Of a stretch of 64,000 bases of DNA, positions 63,691-64,000 are shown in pieces. The stretch is from the IMG/VR virus record IMGVR_UViG_3300020577_006811, positions 18,195 to 82,194 of that record; one strand, written 5' to 3'. The number at the start of each line of letters is the position of its first letter. Positions within the stretch are counted from its first letter, which is position 1. The DNA comes from a virus. Taxonomy: Duplodnaviria > Caudoviricetes. Below the pieces are notes generated by a model. It was not told the origin of the DNA and searched no databases. It saw only the letters and a program-made list of their open reading frames with translations. Made by a program: the position numbers and the translations under genes.

Positions 63691-63711
63691 ACTCGGGCCT
63701 TCCTTGTCGTT

Positions 63712-63873
63712 TTACGTAGGTACCTTTGGGCGCTCAACTTCCGTGCCGTCCGCGAGGATGACGATGCGTCGGCAGTTCGGGCAGCCGTCGATCTGATTTT
63801 GCACGGCCTCGTCACCCTCAAATGGACACGTAGGCGGACCCTGACAGACAATCACTTCGGCCTCGTCGTCCAT
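63712..63873 (-). CDS. Small Cys-containing protein at the head of the array
   Basis: GGAGAGG SD; CQGPPTC...CPNC; 3' end abuts the junction motif. Confidence 0.65.
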   Translation of the reverse strand: MDDEAEVIVCQGPPTCPFEGDEAVQNQIDGCPNCRRIVILADGTEVERPKVPT

Positions 63874-64000
63874 TGCGTCAGCCTCTCCGTGACGTGTGCA
63901 ATGCAAGGCGGCCCTCGACGCCAGGAACAAGACCCTCGTTCAGCATCGCTGCTGCCTTGCCTTCGTCTCGGTTCATGACGGCAAGCAGCACGAGAGTGAC

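Larger units (their letters stand above)
60151..63711 (-). repeat. Conserved gene-junction motif, ~12 copies (coding-strand consensus AACCGATAAGGAAAGGCCCGACCG-ATG)
   Basis: Copies near 60151, 60447, 60680, 60908, 61099, 61314, 61546, 61787, 62404, 62711, 63078, 63463, 63688; 23-nt identity between 61546 and 63078. Confidence 0.92.

Noticed and set aside
60151-63711. CRISPR array or integron attC array
   Set aside because: Spacers are whole genes of ~180-370 bp, the repeats are degenerate and non-palindromic, intergenic gaps are too short for attC, and no cas or intI gene is present

Overview
The window looks like ~64 kb of one tailed dsDNA phage genome (or prophage) with a short-tail, P22/podovirus-like structural module. 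It starts inside the large terminase gene. Several features point to an alphaproteobacterial host: a GapR homologue, Omp25/RopB-like beta-barrels, a CtrA box and high GC. Gene order is terL C-terminus, a two-strand array of 11 tRNA/tRNA-like genes, portal, GroES-like, scaffold, capsid genes, an HNH/EndoVII insertion, two fibre modules, adaptor/nozzle, InPase-containing and other ejection proteins, GH25 lysis cassette, a leftward accessory block (GapR, two OMPs), DUF1376 replication genes, RecT, and a convergent array of small genes. No integrase, full CI repressor, DNA polymerase or reverse transcriptase was recognised. Strongest hunt results: (1) small genes at 60.1-63.7 kb joined by one conserved junction motif, one of them an Acb2-like anti-CBASS sponge; (2) three dispersed paralogues built from RADGG...GKEDRxxGGRV cassettes, with the AxGGxV motif recurring ~20 times in six proteins; (3) two tRNA-like genes with no D-arm at the normal position and a long post-anticodon segment complementary to the 5' linker; (4) a ~250-nt structured, possibly pseudoknotted RNA before the capsid genes; (5) a divergent promoter with both a perfect DnaA box and a CtrA box. 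All family calls come from motif recognition by eye, with no database searches.
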